Source of the DNA: Porphyridium purpureum | Taxonomy: Eukaryota | DNA length: 64,000 nucleotides | Reading direction: 5' to 3' | Assembly (NCBI GenBank): GCA_008690995.1 | Contig: VRMN01000006.1 | Coordinates: forward strand, 620,001 to 684,000 | Shown: positions 61,660-64,000 of the stretch, piece by piece | Numbering within the stretch: position 1 is the first letter of the stretch | Layout of the letters: the number at the start of each line of letters is the position of its first letter | The notes under the pieces: generated by a model | The model's database searches: none | What the model was told of the DNA's origin: nothing | What the model saw: only the letters and a program-made list of their open reading frames with translations | Program-made: the position numbers and the translations under genes

Positions 61660-64000
61660 ATGAGAGATTCAAAGCAGGCAGGTCTGTGGAGCTCCGTGTC
61701 GCGCATGCTCAAGGGCGATACCAGCACGGCGCCAGCGCTCACCGCCCAGCACTCGGCCTCGGCCTCGTCCTCGTCCTCGAATCGCCCGCTCGAGCCGCGA
61801 GCCCCAAGCGGCGGCGAACCTCGCGCGACCGCTGCCGCAGTGGCCTCGGAAGTTCTCGCAGGCGACGCACACGCCGTACGCAAGTCGCTGCGGTCCATGC
61901 ACAACGACGTGCTGTTGCACGCGTCCCGAGAGATCAGCCGAGTCGAAGGTTCGAGCATTGGGAGTCCGGACGGCATGCACCGGCTGCGCGGGCGGGACTT
62001 ACTGTCGCCGGTGAAGATCAGCGAACACGACGCGGCGTTCCAAGATCTCGAGGGTTCCGACGACAGACCCGGCGCCTCAAGTTTGTTCAGCGGCCTGGGT
62101 ATCGGCAAGCGGAACAGCTCGCTGAGCCGGCGAGAATCTGGCTCCCGATCGCGCACACCCAAGTCAAAAGAAGCGCCTGGCCCGCGCAGTGGTTCGCGAA
62201 GTCGGACCGAGCCCATTACCAAAGAGAAGGATGCGAACTTTAAATTGCTCGGCTTCTTTTCTCGGCAGCGCAGCGGGAACAACCGGAGTGATTCTGAACG
62301 CGGCAGCATAACCTCGTCTTCGGCAACTGCAACAAAACGCTCATTACACCAGCCGCACTCACGAAGTGACCTGGATTTCGGCGACGACAATGCGAGTGGT
62401 TCTCTTGCGGGAGTTCGCGGCGGTGCGGCAGGCACCACGGGCGCCGTCGGCCCGCGTCATCACGTTGTCAGTATGGGAGGCACAGTTGACAACAACCATC
62501 AGCGCCCTCTGATACCGCCGTTCCCCGATGCTGACGCACAAGCAAACTCGATCGGACGGGCACCGTTCGGGCCAGTTTCGACGGAGAATGGCGTACTGCC
62601 AAATGAGGTTGCAAATGAAAACTTTAAGCCCATTTGGCATGATCAAAAGCGAAACATGAATGTGCCGCAGCGTAAAAAGTCTCGCGACGAAATTTTGATC
62701 GAGGCCAAGGCGCAGCTTGAGCTGCTGAACGAAAATCGCGCGAAAATGCCCCTCCTGCTGTCAAAACGTGGCGTCTCGCTCCGCAAAATTCCGGTCCACC
62801 GCGAGGATCTCCAGAGTGAAGCGCGTTTCTTTTCTGAAGGGTATACGTATGAGGTTCTTCCGGTAGCTTCGACGGTCACGAGTACGAGCGTCGTATCGGG
62901 AGCTGGACATGGGTCGGCAGGCGCCACGGATGAAGGAAACGTGGCATCCAGGGAGGGTCCGAGTGCATCTGCCCAGGGCGTTGCTTTGAAATATGCCAGC
63001 AACAGGTCAGGCGGTGGGTTAGATCTTGCACCAGACAGCGGCCAGCTGGCCAACTCGCTGAATGTTTTCCGATACGGGTCGGACCAGCTGCGGAAGTCGT
63101 TGCTGTCCTCGTTGATCTCGGACGAGCGCATGGCTGATGAGCGCATCACAGACGGTCGCGAGCAATGGCGGAAGCTGCAAGAAAGTGCTCTCATGATGAT
63201 GGAGAATGCAGCTGCATTGCTCGATGCATACGAGTGCGAGAAAATCACAGGCCAGCCTTCATTCAGTGCCACTGAGCGACTTGCAAAATTTGGATCGCCC
63301 GTATTTGGGACGGCTGGGACCAACGCTGCGGGCGCAGAACACCAAACGAAAGCGCAAGAGCAGAGAATATCGCACGCATGGTCCGGCGCGCCGCCCTCGC
63401 GCGCCGAGGAGAACAACGGCTTCCCGGACGCTCATGGTGCGGACGAAACTGGCAATGATGCGTCAAGTGACGACGATTTCAAGACGGCTCGTGGTTCAAC
63501 AATTGAAGGCGTGGATCCCCTGGACCATACACGCACACTGTGGCTGAAACAGAGCGCCGACCTGCGTGACAAGATTGACAAGTCGGTGGGTGTGGAAGTG
63601 TTTGAGCGATACGCCGAGTACGTCATGTCGCGCGAAAAGCAAGAGTCGGAAGTCGAGGCGCGTTTCTTCCTCGGAATGGAGGAAACATGGCTGCGTGATC
63701 TAGAGACCTTCCTTATTGTATATAAGATGATCGAAGGCGTGCGTGATATGATGCTTGTCTTTGATGCCGGCAAGGGGTTATTGTCGCGCGAGCATTCGAA
63801 ACGGAGCCTGAGCTCGTTTGACTCGAAGCATCACTCCTTGGACGGGAGAGGAGGCGCTTCTGCCGCCAGAGTGGCGAGTGCGGGAATGGCGCCGACCCCG
63901 AGCACCCTTGTAGGACGTGGCGTGCAGGATCGTGCCGTGCACGACGCCGCGCATGCGGGGGCAGAACCAGCGTTGCCGTTCTCAGAGGGTGGAGGCACGG
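61660..64000 (+). CDS. Large Ser/Gly-rich hypothetical protein, truncated by the window end
   Basis: Frame 1 is open from 61369 to the window end (MRDSKQAGLWSSVSRMLKGD...KSRDEILIEAKAQLELLNENRAK...). It is absent from the ORF track because it has no stop in the window. The true start may lie upstream. Confidence 0.75.
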   Translation, partial: MRDSKQAGLWSSVSRMLKGDTSTAPALTAQHSASASSSSSNRPLEPRAPSGGEPRATAAAVASEVLAGDAHAVRKSLRSMHNDVLLHASREISRVEGSSIGSPDGMHRLRGRDLLSPVKISEHDAAFQDLEGSDDRPGASSLFSGLGIGKRNSSLSRRESGSRSRTPKSKEAPGPRSGSRSRTEPITKEKDANFKLLGFFSRQRSGNNRSDSERGSITSSSATATKRSLHQPHSRSDLDFGDDNASGSLAGVRGGAAGTTGAVGPRHHVVSMGGTVDNNHQRPLIPPFPDADAQANSIGRAPFGPVSTENGVLPNEVANENFKPIWHDQKRNMNVPQRKKSRDEILIEAKAQLELLNENRAKMPLLLSKRGVSLRKIPVHREDLQSEARFFSEGYTYEVLPVASTVTSTSVVSGAGHGSAGATDEGNVASREGPSASAQGVALKYASNRSGGGLDLAPDSGQLANSLNVFRYGSDQLRKSLLSSLISDERMADERITDGREQWRKLQESALMMMENAAALLDAYECEKITGQPSFSATERLAKFGSPVFGTAGTNAAGAEHQTKAQEQRISHAWSGAPPSRAEENNGFPDAHGADETGNDASSDDDFKTARGSTIEGVDPLDHTRTLWLKQSADLRDKIDKSVGVEVFERYAEYVMSREKQESEVEARFFLGMEETWLRDLETFLIVYKMIEGVRDMMLVFDAGKGLLSREHSKRSLSSFDSKHHSLDGRGGASAARVASAGMAPTPSTLVGRGVQDRAVHDAAHAGAEPALPFSEGGGT

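Noticed and set aside
63660..63725. Weak resemblance of GMEETWLRDLETFLIVY to the start of a RhoGEF DH domain
   Set aside because: It is a single short motif in a truncated gene, which is not enough to assign a domain.
1..64000. CRISPR arrays, rRNA genes, transposons
   Set aside because: I saw no repeat-spacer arrays, rRNA motifs, transposase/RT ORFs, or terminal repeats.

Overview
Gene-dense, GC-rich, nearly intron-free eukaryotic nuclear DNA. The compact layout, an 'MAF-' plastid-type presequence and a permuted tRNA point to a unicellular red alga such as Porphyridium; this taxon call is inference only. There are about 29 protein-coding genes, mostly housekeeping (CLP1, RPS3, P-type cyclin, GDPD, NUP160-like, NAP1, class I HDAC, MCM3, TFB5, NOC2, BRO1/ALIX, RSL1D1-like, CWC24, GET1, a Qc-SNARE, a lactonase, a bZIP). 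Two systems stand out. (1) A head-to-head pair of a dual oxidase (DUOX: peroxidase-like domain plus NADPH oxidase, 26874-33665 +) and its maturation factor (DUOXA, 23254-24828 -). This is the arrangement known from vertebrates, but here the context does not look animal, and the DUOX has degenerate EF-hands and a remodelled C-terminus. (2) A circularly permuted tRNA-Thr(UGU) gene (41279-41372 +) with the 3' half upstream of the 5' half, a BHB-like junction, an upstream TATA box and a T-run terminator. A recurrent TAAACCRN octamer also occurs in divergent intergenic regions. Start codons were moved to the first plausible in-frame ATG because the ORF track uses GTG/TTG starts. All family calls come from motif recognition by eye, not from database searches.
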